A stretch of DNA of 64,000 bases from Mobula birostris (taxonomy: Eukaryota). Positions 27,020-39,151 of the stretch are shown one piece after another. Where the stretch lies: NCBI RefSeq assembly GCF_030028105.1, contig NC_092379.1, positions 23,553,821-23,617,820 of the forward strand, given 5' to 3'. The notes under the pieces were generated by a model that was not told the DNA's origin, searched no databases, and worked only from the letters and a program-made list of their open reading frames with translations. A program made the translations under genes and the position numbers. Numbering within the stretch: position 1 is the stretch's first letter; the number at the start of each line of letters is the position of its first letter.

Positions 27020-27800
27020 GTTACCAGGGGGCTGTGGGGGCCTGTGGGAGTTACAGAGGCGGGTGGGCTGGAGAGGTTACATGGTCAGGGAAGGGGTGAA
27101 GAGGCCGAGGGGTTTACAGAAATAACGAGAGGCGCCGTGCCCTTGGGGGTTACATAGATAGGGAAGTATGTAGGGGCAGGGGCAGTGGGGTGGGATTACA
27201 ATGGCACAGGGTGGTATAGGAGACAGTTCGGTTTACAGAGGCAGGAAGAGGTGTGTGTGTGTGTGTGGGGGGGGCGGAGTTACAAGGGATGATGGACCAT
27301 ATGGGATTACAGAGACAGGGAGAAGCGTGTGGCCGAATAGTTCACTGAGATAAGGACGGGGAACGCTGTAAGGGAAGCAAGGAGTTATAGAGATAAACCA
27401 TGGTGTGGAGGCCCGAAAGGTCTATAAGAGACCGGGGAAGGGTGTAGAGATCTCAAAGTGTTATAGAGATAGGAAGCAGTATAGAGCCTGGAGGGGTTTA
27501 CAGAGACGGGAGCAGTATAGGATTCAGAGGAGTTTACAGAGAAAGTGAGGTTTGTTAGGGCAGTGCGGGTTTACAGAGAAGAAAGGGGGGTGGGTCTCTG
27601 GAGGGAGTTACAGAAACAGGGAAGGTGTAGTGACCAGAGAGTTGGGAAGTGGATGAGGGTTACAGAGATAGGGAACGCTTTAGGGGGACAGAGGAGGTTA
27701 CAGGGATTGGAAAGGTGTAGGGGCTGGAGGGCGCTACAGAGAATGGGAAGGGTGTCGGGGAGGAGACAGGGAATGGTGAAGGAACTGGAGCGGTTTGCAG
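27020..27800. repeat. Degenerate G-rich ~33-36 bp tandem repeat
   Basis: Recurrent (g/t)ttacagaga(t/c)aggga core with G runs. Confidence 0.75.
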
Positions 27801-30544
27801 AGATGAGATGGGGTATTGGGTCTGAGGACTTTGGAGGCAAGCTGGAATGTGATTTCTAAAAGACCCAAAAGCAACGATCACAGATGCTGATAGTCTGAAG
27901 CAGGACATTAAATGGGGAATAATTCGACCGGTGTTGCAGCATCTGAGAAGACAGAAGCAGAATTCTCGTTTCAGGTTGAAGAACCTTCATCAAAATTTCA
28001 AAATTATAACATTGCTTCAATAGGACACTAGAAGTAACTCCAACCCCAGTGATTTCCCTCATAGAACGATAGAGTCATAGACCACAGTAACAGGCCCTTC
28101 GGCCCGATCCGTTTGTAAAATTATAGTATTGCTTCAATAGGACTCTTGAAGTGTCTCTAACCACAATGACTCCTCTCATAGAATGATAGAGTCATAGAGC
28201 ACATTAACAGGCCCTTGGGCCCGATTCGTCCATGCTGGCCAATATGCGGATCACATTTTTTACATCTAGCCCATATAAATTTAATCCTTTCCTATCCACT
28301 TCCTCTGACAGCCTAGAACATCTGTCCTTCAGATAAAATCAGCGAGACATAGAGTAGACATTTTGACTCATCTATGCCAACAATTATGCTTATCTATACT
28401 GATGCCACTTGCCGTCATCGATTATACACCACTCTCTACCCATTCATGTACCCGCCCCGATGCGGGTTGTGTAATGTTTCTGCCTCCATCCCATCTGGCA
28501 GCTCATTCCCGACACCAGCTGCTCTTTGTGTGAAAAAGATCCCCTCTGATCCAATTTAAGTCTGTTGTCTCTCGACTTAAGCCCGCGCCTTCTTGTTTTA
28601 AACTCCCCTAACATGGGAAACAGACTCTGTGTAGTCACCCTTTTTATGTCTCTCCCGATTTGATTATACTTCTATAACGTCGCCTTGTTTGCTCCGGGGT
28701 GTTTGTGTGGGGGGGGGGGGGGAGGGGGAGGGGATCCATTCTCCCCTGGTAACTCAACTTCTCCAAAGCGCTGAATCTTCACCGCATCATTTCAGAAGAC
28801 CATAAGGCCATAAGATATGGGAGCAGAATAAGGCCATTTGGGCCACAAGTCTGCTCTGCCATTTCATCATGGCTTATCAAATTTTCCTCTCGGCACCAAT
28901 CTTCTGGCTTGACGACCGTATGCCTTCATGCCCTGACCAATGAAGAATCTATCACCCTCCCCATTAAATACTGTATACATAAAGGCTTGGCCTCCGCAGC
29001 TGACTTGTGGTAAAGGGTTCCACAGCTTCACCACTCTCTAGCTGAAGAAATTCCTCTTCCTCTCCATTCTAAAAGAACGCCACTCTATTCTGAGGCTGTG
29101 TCCTCTGGTCTAAGACTCTCCAACCATAGGAAACATTCTCTCCACATCCACTCTGTCAAGGCTTTTCATCATTCGATAGGTTTCAATAAGCACCCCCTTC
29201 ATACTTCTGAATTTTAGTGAATACAGTCCCAGAACCGTCAAATGCTCTGGGCCTGTGTTAACAAGAATTCATGAGAATGAAGGGTGAACTAATATTCCTG
29301 ACCGAACCATTTTCTTTCTCCTAGATGGCGATGTTCCAAGTGTGACCTAACTATTGTTAGTTCCGGCCTAACGTCTTGTTTTGTGGCTGGATTTTGACAC
29401 ATGATAAGTACTGGTACCAAGAGCTTCTGGATCACAACCAGGGTTTAAATACAGATACGTTGGAGTGCGTCCAAGTCTCAGGGGACTAGATGGGACCAAT
29501 GTTTGCAGGGAGAGATGCGAGGCCCGACATCACCCTTGTCCATTTTCGTTGAAGTCGCAGAAACTCTGCGGGGATTTTGACGGATAGTTCCTTAACCAAA
29601 ACTGATGCAATGAAATGAATCACAAGGAGCTACTGAGTGATATCAACATAGAATTTATTGATATGACGGAACGGTTTGGAAAGCCACACTTCAATTGAAA
29701 CCCACATGATATCTGTATTGTTTGGCTTAGGCAATGAGCGAGAGCTATTTTTTCATTTGTTACCATTTACAAAACTCTTGAAATATTTACATTAGTTCGC
29801 CAAGAAAATGATTGGGTATAGAGAGCTTATATTCCATAATAGCTTGACTTCCCTCATGGTCTGCCCTCTGTGCCAGGGAAGCTTAAGGGAATGGGGGAAG
29901 GGGCGACGTTCTTTACCCTTGCGTCAAGGTTATCAAGTCCATTTTATTGTTCATGGTGATAACTGCATGAGCAACTAGGCTGGCTGAAAGAGTTAGCGGG
30001 CTGTGGTAGGATCTGGACTCAATATGTGGGCCCATTCTGCGTCCACGAGGAGGAATTTTTTCCATCACAGACAGGGATTTTAACATCACAGTTGACTGGT
30101 TTTAAACTGAATAAATGTGGAAAAAATCCCCCTTCCCAAATTTCAGATTATTTCTTGAATTTGAATTCTTCAGAAGGTAGTCGTGCAATTTGAACTTCAG
30201 ACGTTGGATTTTTTATACAGGCACGTCCATCTAAGGACCGGTCCACCCCCAAATTTACTGGGAGCCCGCGCCGGGGATGCGGGATGTTCCGCGGGGCGGG
30301 AACCACTCTTCTCAGCGGAGTGAAAGAGGAGATTCAATGGAAGCGGGTTCAAACTGAGAAGGAGGAAAGGGTACTGTTGCTGGCAGAAGGGTCATGAGGG
30401 GCACTGAAAGCGAATGAAAGGAACAAGAAAAGAATTGGCAGGGTCGGGGAAAGGAGCACGAATCAGGAAGAGTTCTCTGGGAGTCGGCACGGACTCAATG
30501 GGCCGACCAACCTCCTACCTTGTAAGCACTCTCAGGGTAAGGGG

Positions 30545-30871
30545 CATTCATAATGCAAAGCCGTTTATATAGAGATAAGAAAATGATGCAAAGCTGATAA
30601 AATCTAAACCTTACAGGAGCGAACAGTATAATATATTGTATACGTAAATGCAGGAGAAAGGGTTTTTTTTACAAGATGTTGAGGTTGCAAAGGAAAGGCG
30701 ATATACGTCAGGCATTTACAACAGCAGGAAACTTCTGTCGATTACAGCGGAGTTACTGCCTCTGGATTTGGATCGCTTTAAACATTTTTCAGCGAGTCCA
30801 CCACTCCTGGCTCCGGTTTGGCTTCACGCCAGGGTTCCAGGTAGCCGACAGGTCCCTGGTTCTGTCTCCAT
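30545..30871 (-). other. TRAC: Probable TRAC exon 4 (3' UTR only); distal end uncertain
   Basis: Pyrimidine-tract acceptor ctcttccccctctctccccatctag| at 30872, 461 bp after the post-stop donor. PolyA site unclear: TATAAA variant at 30564-30569; AATAAA at ~29943 and ~29654. Confidence 0.55.
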
Positions 30872-31332
30872 CTAGATGGGGAGAGAGGGGGAAGAGCTTA
30901 GTTTTCTCACTGTTTCTCTGTCCACCCAAATTGGTCTAACCGCGGTCCCTATAGGCCAGGCCTGCAGTTTACTGTCAAACTGTTGCAGTGCACAGCCAGC
31001 CGATTTGGCTCAACATGTTCGAGGTTCTGCTCTCTGTTATTGAACCCCACCCTTCAGCCACATCATACTGTCAGCATGGATGCTAAGGGAGCGTCTCAAC
31101 GTGGAAGGGGCGCTTTGAGGAAGTGCGGCACTTTGGGTGGATTGGTACTGAGGGAGATCTGTGAGAGGGATGGTGCTGATGGAGGAGTGCACTGCAGTGC
31201 TGCTAATGTTAACAGTCCTCTTTAATTCTGCAATTACCATCAAATCAGCTATTCACAGCGTTTAGGACTTCGGGCTTCCACGCTACCAGAAGCCGTTCGG
31301 TTCGTCGACCCTCTGTTAGTTCTGCCCCTCAC

Positions 31333-31440
31333 CTTATTATATCCAAGCACGAGCAGTCATCAAGATGTTGAAGATAACGCTTTTGAAGAACAGAATCCTC
31401 AATCCGAAGACTGTGAGTGAGAGCTCTCGTACTTCTTCTC
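31333..31440 (-). CDS. TRAC: TCR alpha constant exon 3 (TM + short cytoplasmic tail; stop at 31337-31339)
   Basis: Acceptor ctcctttctcccccggtag. Translates EEVRELSLTVFGLRILFFKSVIFNILMTARAWI*, with the TM Arg/Lys pair and the alpha-type FNxLMTxRxW motif. TAATAAG|GTGAGG donor follows the stop. Confidence 0.95.
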
Positions 31441-31844
31441 CTACCGGGGGAGAAAGGAGAGGAACAATGAGATGGCATTCCAAGTTGCCCTTGGGAATAC
31501 GAGAAAACGGAACAGGAGTCGTGGATTCACTTAGCCATATCTGCATCTTCCTGCCTGTTGCCTACCACTCTCTATTCTAAGCTTAGTCAAATCTCTCGCT
31601 CATCATGGCTTCGGATATGTCCAGGGACTTGATCTCCACAGCTACCTGGTGTCAGGTCCACAGATGTACTTTTCTCCTCCAGGAAGACACGTACTCCTTC
31701 CCGTCTTAAATGGCACCTTTCCTGAAATTTGGGCCCGCTACATAGTGTTGGGACCAAATCCACAATGGGAATCTCCCCTCTAATCCTCACTCTCTATCAA
31801 AGTCCCGCACAACCTCTTTGAATAGAATTACCTACCTACCCTAT

Positions 31845-32045
31845 TATTGACCCAGCCTGCTCATTCCCAAACCCCACACTTGACCCAACCTGTTTACTTC
31901 CTGACCGCACTGTTGAGTCATGCGGCCCATTCCCCAACCCCATAATGGACCCGAGATTTTCACTCTCCAACCGCACTGTTGATTCAGCCTGCTTATTTCC
32001 CAACCCGCCTGTTAACCGATACTATTGCTCATACCCAACTCTCCT
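31845..32045 (-). repeat. Degenerate ~33-bp minisatellite (inverted relative to 32298-32640)
   Basis: cactgttgattcagcctgcttatttcccaacc-type units. Confidence 0.7.
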
Positions 32046-32164
32046 TACTTTAGCTTCTATCTATAGTTTCTGAGAATATAGTGGGCTACAGTGGATTGCA
32101 GTTGGTATTCCCAAAATTCCTTCAAGCGTAAAGTTTGCATCGAATATTTATAGCAAGAACTTAC

Positions 32165-32209
32165 CGTCTGTATCATTGTCAAATTCAATGCAACCCGCCT
32201 GGACATCAT
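32165..32209 (-). CDS. TRAC: TCR alpha constant exon 2 (connecting peptide with interchain Cys)
   Basis: tctttcag|ATGATGTCC...ACAGACG|GTAAGT. 45 nt, phase 1-1, gives DDVQAGCIEFDNDTDG. The size matches mammalian TRAC exon 2. Confidence 0.9.
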
Positions 32210-32297
32210 CTGAAAGAGATACAAAGTAACATCATGAGTCTAGTCCATGGACAGTCATCAAATGTCACACTGATCAGACAGGGTAAGGAGCGCACCA

Positions 32298-32640
32298 GGG
32301 TCGGGGAATGAGCAGGTTCTGTCAACGCTGGAGTTGGGGAATGAACAGGTTAGTTCGATAGTGGAGTTGAAGAATGAGCGTGCTGGAGGACAGCAATGAA
32401 TTTGGGGAATGGACAGGTTGGATCAACAGTGGTGTTTCGGGTGAAATGGTTGCATCAGCACTGTGGTTGCTGAATGAAAAGGTTCGGTCAGCAGTGGTAT
32501 TGAGGAATAAATAGATTGGGTCAGCAGTGGAGTTGGAACGAGGAAAGTGGGTCAACACTGTGATTGCCAGTTGGGCAGGTCGATTCAAGGCTGAAGAATG
32601 AACAAGTGAGTTCAACGCTGGTGTCGGGGGAATAAACAAG
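32298..32640 (+). repeat. Degenerate ~33-bp minisatellite
   Basis: tcaacagtggagttggggaatgaacaggttgg-type units. Confidence 0.75.
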
Positions 32641-33144
32641 TTATATGGAGAGTTACTAGCGTTTGCATAGTGGTTTTATTACAAGGATATTTGCTGAGCG
32701 AGGATTTCCTGGTCTGGGAGAAAGAGTAAGAAGTTCACACTTTAAATCATGGAGGAACGGAATTCACCCCCTGGGTGTGAGGTTGAGTTTATGGGAATGA
32801 TCCCAAACAAAGCTGCGGAAAGACCTGGTAAATACAGATGAGAGATGACCGCCACTTGTGATTCTATAACCATTTAGTTCACTTCCTAGCCGTTTCCCCG
32901 TGGGCTTCTGTAGTTCGGCACCCGAACTACTGATGTTTTGGGCTCTTGCTCGGTAGATGACGTTTGCAAATTCCACTCACTAGTGCCCCAGTTCCCGCGG
33001 AAGCTTTCCCACTCACTGTGTCCCTGGTTCTTTCCCACCCTTGAATCCCGCCAGATTTACTGAAATATTACAGTGCAATTTTTTTTTCAGCGCATTAACA
33101 TATGCCATTTGAGTCGAGTTTTCGTGTTAAAACGATCAACGTAC

Positions 33145-33426
33145 CGTCTGAGTAGTTGGTATCGTTGAGTAGGCATTTCATTTCATTCTTCACACTGGAC
33201 CATGGCGCAGTCAGGAAAGCCAGTAAGCTGTAACTTCTGTCCTCAATGGAGACGTGAAAATCGTTTTTATTTCTCCGCTGGCTATCGCTGCCTACCGACA
33301 CTTCGAGGTTGTAATCATTGGGGAAGTAGTCAGTGGCAAGGCAGGCAGCCGGTACCTGTGCGTCGCTGGCGTTCGGCGGAGAGGGTCGGAGAAAATAGAC
33401 GGACGGCTTCAGTGGGTTACGCCGAT
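33145..33426 (-). CDS. TRAC: TCR alpha constant exon 1 (Ig C1-like domain)
   Basis: Acceptor tcttcttctttcctctgcag, donor GACG|GTACGT, 282 nt, phase 1-1, open. Translates xRRNPLKPSVYFLRPSPPNASDAQVPAACLATDYFPNDYNLEVSVGSDSQRRNKNDFHVSIEDRSYSLLAFLTAPWSSVKNEMKCLLNDTNYSD: PSVY A-strand, ACLATDYFP B-strand Cys, SYS motif, second Cys. Confidence 0.93.
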
Positions 33427-36400
33427 CTGCAGAGGAAAGAAGAAGACAAGGTGAACCCCTTGGTCAGCGGTCTTGCTCGTACTTCCGCCGATCCCGGACC
33501 GAACCCTGTGACTGTCAGAACGGTCACAGCTTAGACACAGGCCATTCGGCACACTGCGCGTGTTTACTATATACCTCAGATCCCTTTCCCTCCTCTGTCC
33601 TGGACATACAGCGACACAGCACAGGCTTTTCGGCCCACCGAGTGTGGATAGACCATCGAAAACGTGAAACGTGGTGCTTTCTGGGAAGTCAAATAGGGTA
33701 GGGCATACATCGCATGGCATTTCTGTCGATGAACATAAGGGCATTTAGGCTTTGGTTTCTAGCTCTTTGAAAGTGGCAGCACAAGTGGATATGGCGGTGT
33801 ATAAGCCATATGGCTTCAGAAGGCATAAGGCCTGGATGCCTTAGAGAGGATGCTTCCGGTAGAGCTGTAGTCGAGGATCCTAGGGCACCGGCTAAGAGGA
33901 AAAGAGCGTTCCTTTAGAACTGAGGTGAGGAAGAATTTCATCAGCCTGAGGATGCGGAATCGGTGAAACTCTTTGCCCAGAAGGGCGGCGGAGACCAACT
34001 GGGTGGATTTAATGAGGAGATTAACAGATTCTGATTGGGAACTATGCTAAGAGCTGAGAATGGATGAATGAGGTTGAACAATTCAGCCACAATTGAATGA
34101 CGGTGCGGACTCAATTGCCTGGATGGGCGAATCCTGTTCCCGTACCTTACATTCACCCTCTTGCCTTCAGAGGTGGTTTCTTATAATATCAGATCTAAAC
34201 CTTGTAACTTTACAAGACGCTGGTATTGGCTATAAGGCGAGGTTGGGCTGATTTCTCTGGAGCGTCGGATGCTGGGGTTTGAACTGACAAGTGTTTTTTA
34301 AAAAAATTCTGAGCGGCATAGATAGGGCAGAACATCCACCCCCAGACTAGAAATGTCACAGACTGGAGGACATAGTTTAAAGGTGAAAGGGGGAATGTTT
34401 GATGGAAATTTTGGGGTAATTTGCTTTTACAAATATAGCGACAGGGACCTGGAGACGTATTTGGATAGACACACAACATGCAAGAGAACAGAAGGTTATG
34501 GATTATGTACAGGCTTTAGTATAATTTGGCATCATCTTCGGCCAAAGGGCCTTGTCCTATGGTCTTGTCCTATGGCCACATTCAGTTCCCTTCATTCTTT
34601 TTTGCCTTGGCTTTCTGACCATGGTTTCGAATGAGCTAAAAGAGTGAGGGGTGAGGGCTCACTGTCCTCCTTGTATGAAAATTCTAAAGGTTTACCATAG
34701 TACATGGGATGGGGGCAGGAGGTATGTGTACCCGGCCTCGTAACCAGACAGAAAGAGGGAGTGGTAGGGGACCTATAGGAAGCAGTGATAATTTAATATG
34801 ATCAGACACTAAGACCATCAGATATAGGAGCAGAATTAGGCCATTGGTCCAGTTAGCTTGCTCCGTCATTTCATCATGGCTGATCAATTTCCATCTCAGC
34901 CGTTATCCCCTGCCGTCTCCCCGTATCCCTTTATGCTCTAACTAATCAAGGATATATCAAACTCTTCTTTGAATATACCCAATGACTCGGCTTCCATAGC
35001 TGCCCGTGGCAACGAATTCCATAGATTCACCACCCGCTGGCTAAAGACAGGCCTCATCATTTCCGATCTAAACGGACGTCCCTGTATTCTGAGTCTGTGT
35101 CCTCTGGTCTGAGACTCCCCCACCATAAGAAACATTCTCTCCACATCCACTCTATCGAGGCCTTTCAACATTCTCTAGGTTTCGATGAGCCCTCCCCTCC
35201 ACCCCCCCCTTCTTCTGAATTCCAGTGAGTAGCGGTCTAGAGCCATCAAACAGGTCAAAGTCTGGATTTGTTTGATAGTATTCGATTCAATAATAACTCT
35301 CTTTTGTCACAATTTACTCCTTGTCAGAGCCATCTCAGTGAAGTTAATTAAAGAGGTGGCAGACGCTTGGAAACTGCAATAAAAACGGAAAATGAAGAAA
35401 ATCCTCAACAGATCAGGCAGCATCGGTAGAGAGGGAAACGGAGTTAACATTTCAGTTCTGGGGCTTTGGGGTCAGAACGGGATAAAAGAGAAAGCAAGTT
35501 AATTTGCAGTAGCAGTGAAAACTAACTCGGTTTTCCGATTTCTTGGTTCTGTACAAAGGGACTTTGGCTTGTAACGCCAACGATTCGTCTCCCCACAGAT
35601 GCTACCCTACCTACCGAATTTTCCAGCACTTTCTGTTAACATTTCTAAAGGTGAGGGATCTCAAACTGGATCAAGTTTGACTTAGATGAAGTTGTGGTTA
35701 ATCAAGTTCCAAATCAAACTATCAGTTTGTATTCGTAGTAGTTATTATATGCAGAGTTTCAGAAAATCGTACAAAAATGAGGTTTAAATGTTACATTAAA
35801 TTCAATCAAACGCTATTTTTGTTGAACATGCTACTTTCTAATATACAATTACACTACGTACACATGACTAATATATTAAAGTGATATTTACATTACATGT
35901 CCTTTATTAACGTATTGTCTCTGCTTGTCTGCATCTTTCTCATTCCCACCTGACCCTGCACATTATCCGTCCGTCGATTCCCCGGTTTTAATCAGCAGAT
36001 AATTAGATTGCCTGCAAGCCGTCAACTTTACAAATGCTATTCGGAGCACAAAAACATATCAAGCTGAAATGTCCTCTGACCAGAATGAGAATTCAGAAGT
36101 TAACCATGTCATATAAAGAACATACTATGCGCCATTAAGTGGGTACTGGGTGCTACGGGAGTTCTGGGTGCCTGATAGCTGGCATATTCTTAGCTCCTGA
36201 ACTTGTTGTTTTATGCTGTATGACTGAACTCGTGGTTTTAGTTGTAGGAAGAATGTAGGAAGTGGAGATTATATCTCACAGGAACATTTGTTTTACACGC
36301 TCTTCCAATTAACATGAATAATGCTTATCTCTAACCGTTATTAGTCATTGAAGCAATCGACAGGGAAACAACCCTTTTTACATATTGGGTCCATCAAGCA

Positions 36401-36520
36401 CATGTTTGCATTAATTCTAGAATGGTCTCATTTTATTGGATCCACATTAAAATTCGTCCGGACAAACCAATAAACCTCTCACCTACACCTTATGGTCAAC
36501 CTGAAGTGACTAAGCCGGTG

Positions 36521-36522
<2 letters not shown>

Positions 36523-36570
<48 letters not shown>
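36523..36570. repeat. (GT)n microsatellite (others at 25352-25388 and 52164-52193)
   Basis: Direct observation. Confidence 0.95.
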
Positions 36571-36571
<1 letters not shown>

Positions 36572-39078
36572 GGGGGGTGGGGTGGGGGAGGTGTTTGGTG
36601 GTGGAAGTTTGTGGAAAAGACCGGGAAGTCGGGATGGAACCCAGTTGCTAGAACGGCGAGGCAGCGGTTGTGCCTGCTGTGCCGCTGGATTGGATTCACC
36701 ACACCACATGTAGTGTGTCTGGATGTTAGGAAGTGAGCAATCCTTTTGAAACACGGCTGACGCCCTGGTGAAGGTGCTGCTACCATGCTGTCTGGGAGGG
36801 AGTCCCAAGGTTTAGAGCCAGTGATGTCTGGATGCCAAGAATATGTCAGTGGAAACTACAGTCAGGTGAAGCTGAATAAAGAGTATTTGGTGAAGAAGCT
36901 TCTGGTCGTTGGGATCTATTTGCAGTAGAATTTTCCAATCTGGGGTTAACGGTAGGGGTCCATGACATAAAAAAGTTTGGAACCCCCTAGTCTACAGTCT
37001 CTATATCAACTCCCTTCTTCGTCCTTCCTCCAATACCCACTAATGTTCCCCTCCAGCTGGACATCTTTCCCTTCTGAATAAGTCCTTCTGGACAGCTCCG
37101 TAAGGGTGATGGTTTCACAGTAGTCTTGACCTAAGGCAAGATAAAATCCAGAAAACATAGCATTTGGTAGGGAACTGAGTGAAGTATTGAACAGGGGAGC
37201 TGGGGTTCCTTTCCAAGTTCTTCGACCTAACAGTCAGGTCCAAACAAACATTCAACACCACATGCGTCAGAAGTCCCCAGTCTTTCCTAAACGAGGAAAC
37301 TAGTTCAATCAACGAACCAGACTTGCCGTTTGCTTATTTCCAAGCAAGGCAGATTCACATAGAGTTATAATCTATGCTACTCGTATCGTTCACACAGCAT
37401 CACTTGTCCACACATAAGCTCTGTGCCATGGTTGTATGTGTAGCAAGTGTATCTTACAGGGTTCACGAAGAGTGCATTGAGGTATCACATTCCCACTTAC
37501 ACTCTCTGGAATGTCTCTGGATTGCGGGCAATTTTCTGCTAAATAGACCATGTCCTAGAGCATATTATCTGAAAGTCGGACCAACTATAGCTTAGATTTC
37601 AGGAATTTCTCCCATCGCACTCTTATACTTACCCTCTCTCACCCTTGCACTCTCCCACATTGCTCACTCTATCTATCTACCAACGTGCTTTATTCTACCT
37701 ACTGATATCAGTCATTTTCTCTTCTGCTTACTTCCCTCTGATCCCCCTTCTCTTTACGTCTCAGTAATTATTTATCTATATATGTGTCTCTCAACTTACA
37801 TTACTCTCTACATACATTTCAACCATATCTCATCTGTCTGTATTTGTCTATCCGACAGCGCCCTATCTATGTATTTGTTTATCTTCCAGTCTGTCCATTA
37901 GTTTGCTTCTCTCTGTAATTGTTCTTTGTCTTTGTAGCAATATTGTGGTTTATTGGAAACATTTCATTTACTGTTACAGCTTTAATATTAGAGTTAATAT
38001 TTTAATTACCAACTTAGAGCGAATGTAACAATTTTTAAAAGACAGATCTATTAAACTGCCTTTAATTTGGGATGAGAATTAAGTGAATTGGTTTACCAAC
38101 TATTTAGCAGATGAAGATTACATATCTATTAAACTAATTGCTGAGAAATCTGTTTACTTTTTATCTATTAAACTAATTGCTGAGAAATATGTGTATTTTG
38201 TTTTACTAACAGCTGAAAACATAATAACTCCCAACGCACTCACTGGCTCCGATACTCTCTTTAGTTCTACGTTCAAATATTATCAGATAATACACTTCAA
38301 AGTTCAAAGTTTCCGACCCTCTACTCGGTGGCGGAACCAGTGTCATTGAGTTCTAGAGCCATAGGGTCCATACAACACAGAAACAGGCCCTTTAACCCAT
38401 CCTGTCCATGTAAAGTATCAAGTACCCATCTATATTCATTAACCCCGCCTCTTTCTACCTTCTCTACAACGTAAAACTTCCTTTCGTCCAAGATTATGGA
38501 ACCTTGAATGACAAACATTGTTGAAGTTTGGATCAGGAAAAAAAAGTGAATGGATGATCAGTACAAACAAGCAAATCCGTTGAGCAATATAAAAGATGTA
38601 GGAGAGAATTTCATAACACAATAACAGCGAAATAAGAGCGGGAGTAAGCTCGTCAAGCCTTTTCACTATTAATTATGATCATGTCTGACCTCAACACTTT
38701 TTCTGTGCTATTTTCCCAAACGCCCCAGTTCCTCGGCCTTAGTATTTATCTATCTCCACGTTATCGTTTATTTAGACGGGCAGTAATCGGTACAGGGAAT
38801 GTGCTGCTAGGAGAGGTGTTAGAGGCTGGTATCATTACAAATTGGAACATAACCAAATTCATGAATATGAAGTGTTTAAAGGGATATGCGGCAAATGCAG
38901 CTCAATGGCCTTATTTTCGTTTGGCATCGTGGTCAGCTTGGGCGAGTAAGGCCAAAGGCCTGTTCTGTACTGTACAAATCGATGAATTTCCACGAATCTA
39001 TAAATATATCAAATGACCTGCCTTTCATCTTCATTCTGGGGTAGAGAATTTCAGAGATTCACTATACTTCCAGGCAGA

Positions 39079-39151
39079 GCCTGGGTAGCTCAGTCGGTAG
39101 AGCATCAGACTTTTAATCTGAGGGGCCAGGGTTCAAGTCCCTGTCCAGGTG
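39079..39151 (+). tRNA. tRNA-Lys (anticodon UUU)
   Basis: GCCTGGGTAGCTCAGTCGGTAGAGCATCAGACTTTTAATCTGAGGGGCCAGGGTTCAAGTCCCTGTCCAGGTG, 73 nt. Folds as a cloverleaf with A and B boxes; no encoded CCA; TTTT terminator a few nt downstream. Confidence 0.92.

Noticed and set aside
31333-33426. Assignment as TRDC (delta)
   Set aside because: The 45-nt hinge exon, the FNxLMTxRxW tail and the large J array without D segments favour alpha; phylogeny would be the final test.
33202-33534. Plus-strand ORFs over TRAC exon 1
   Set aside because: They are antisense shadows of the real exon.
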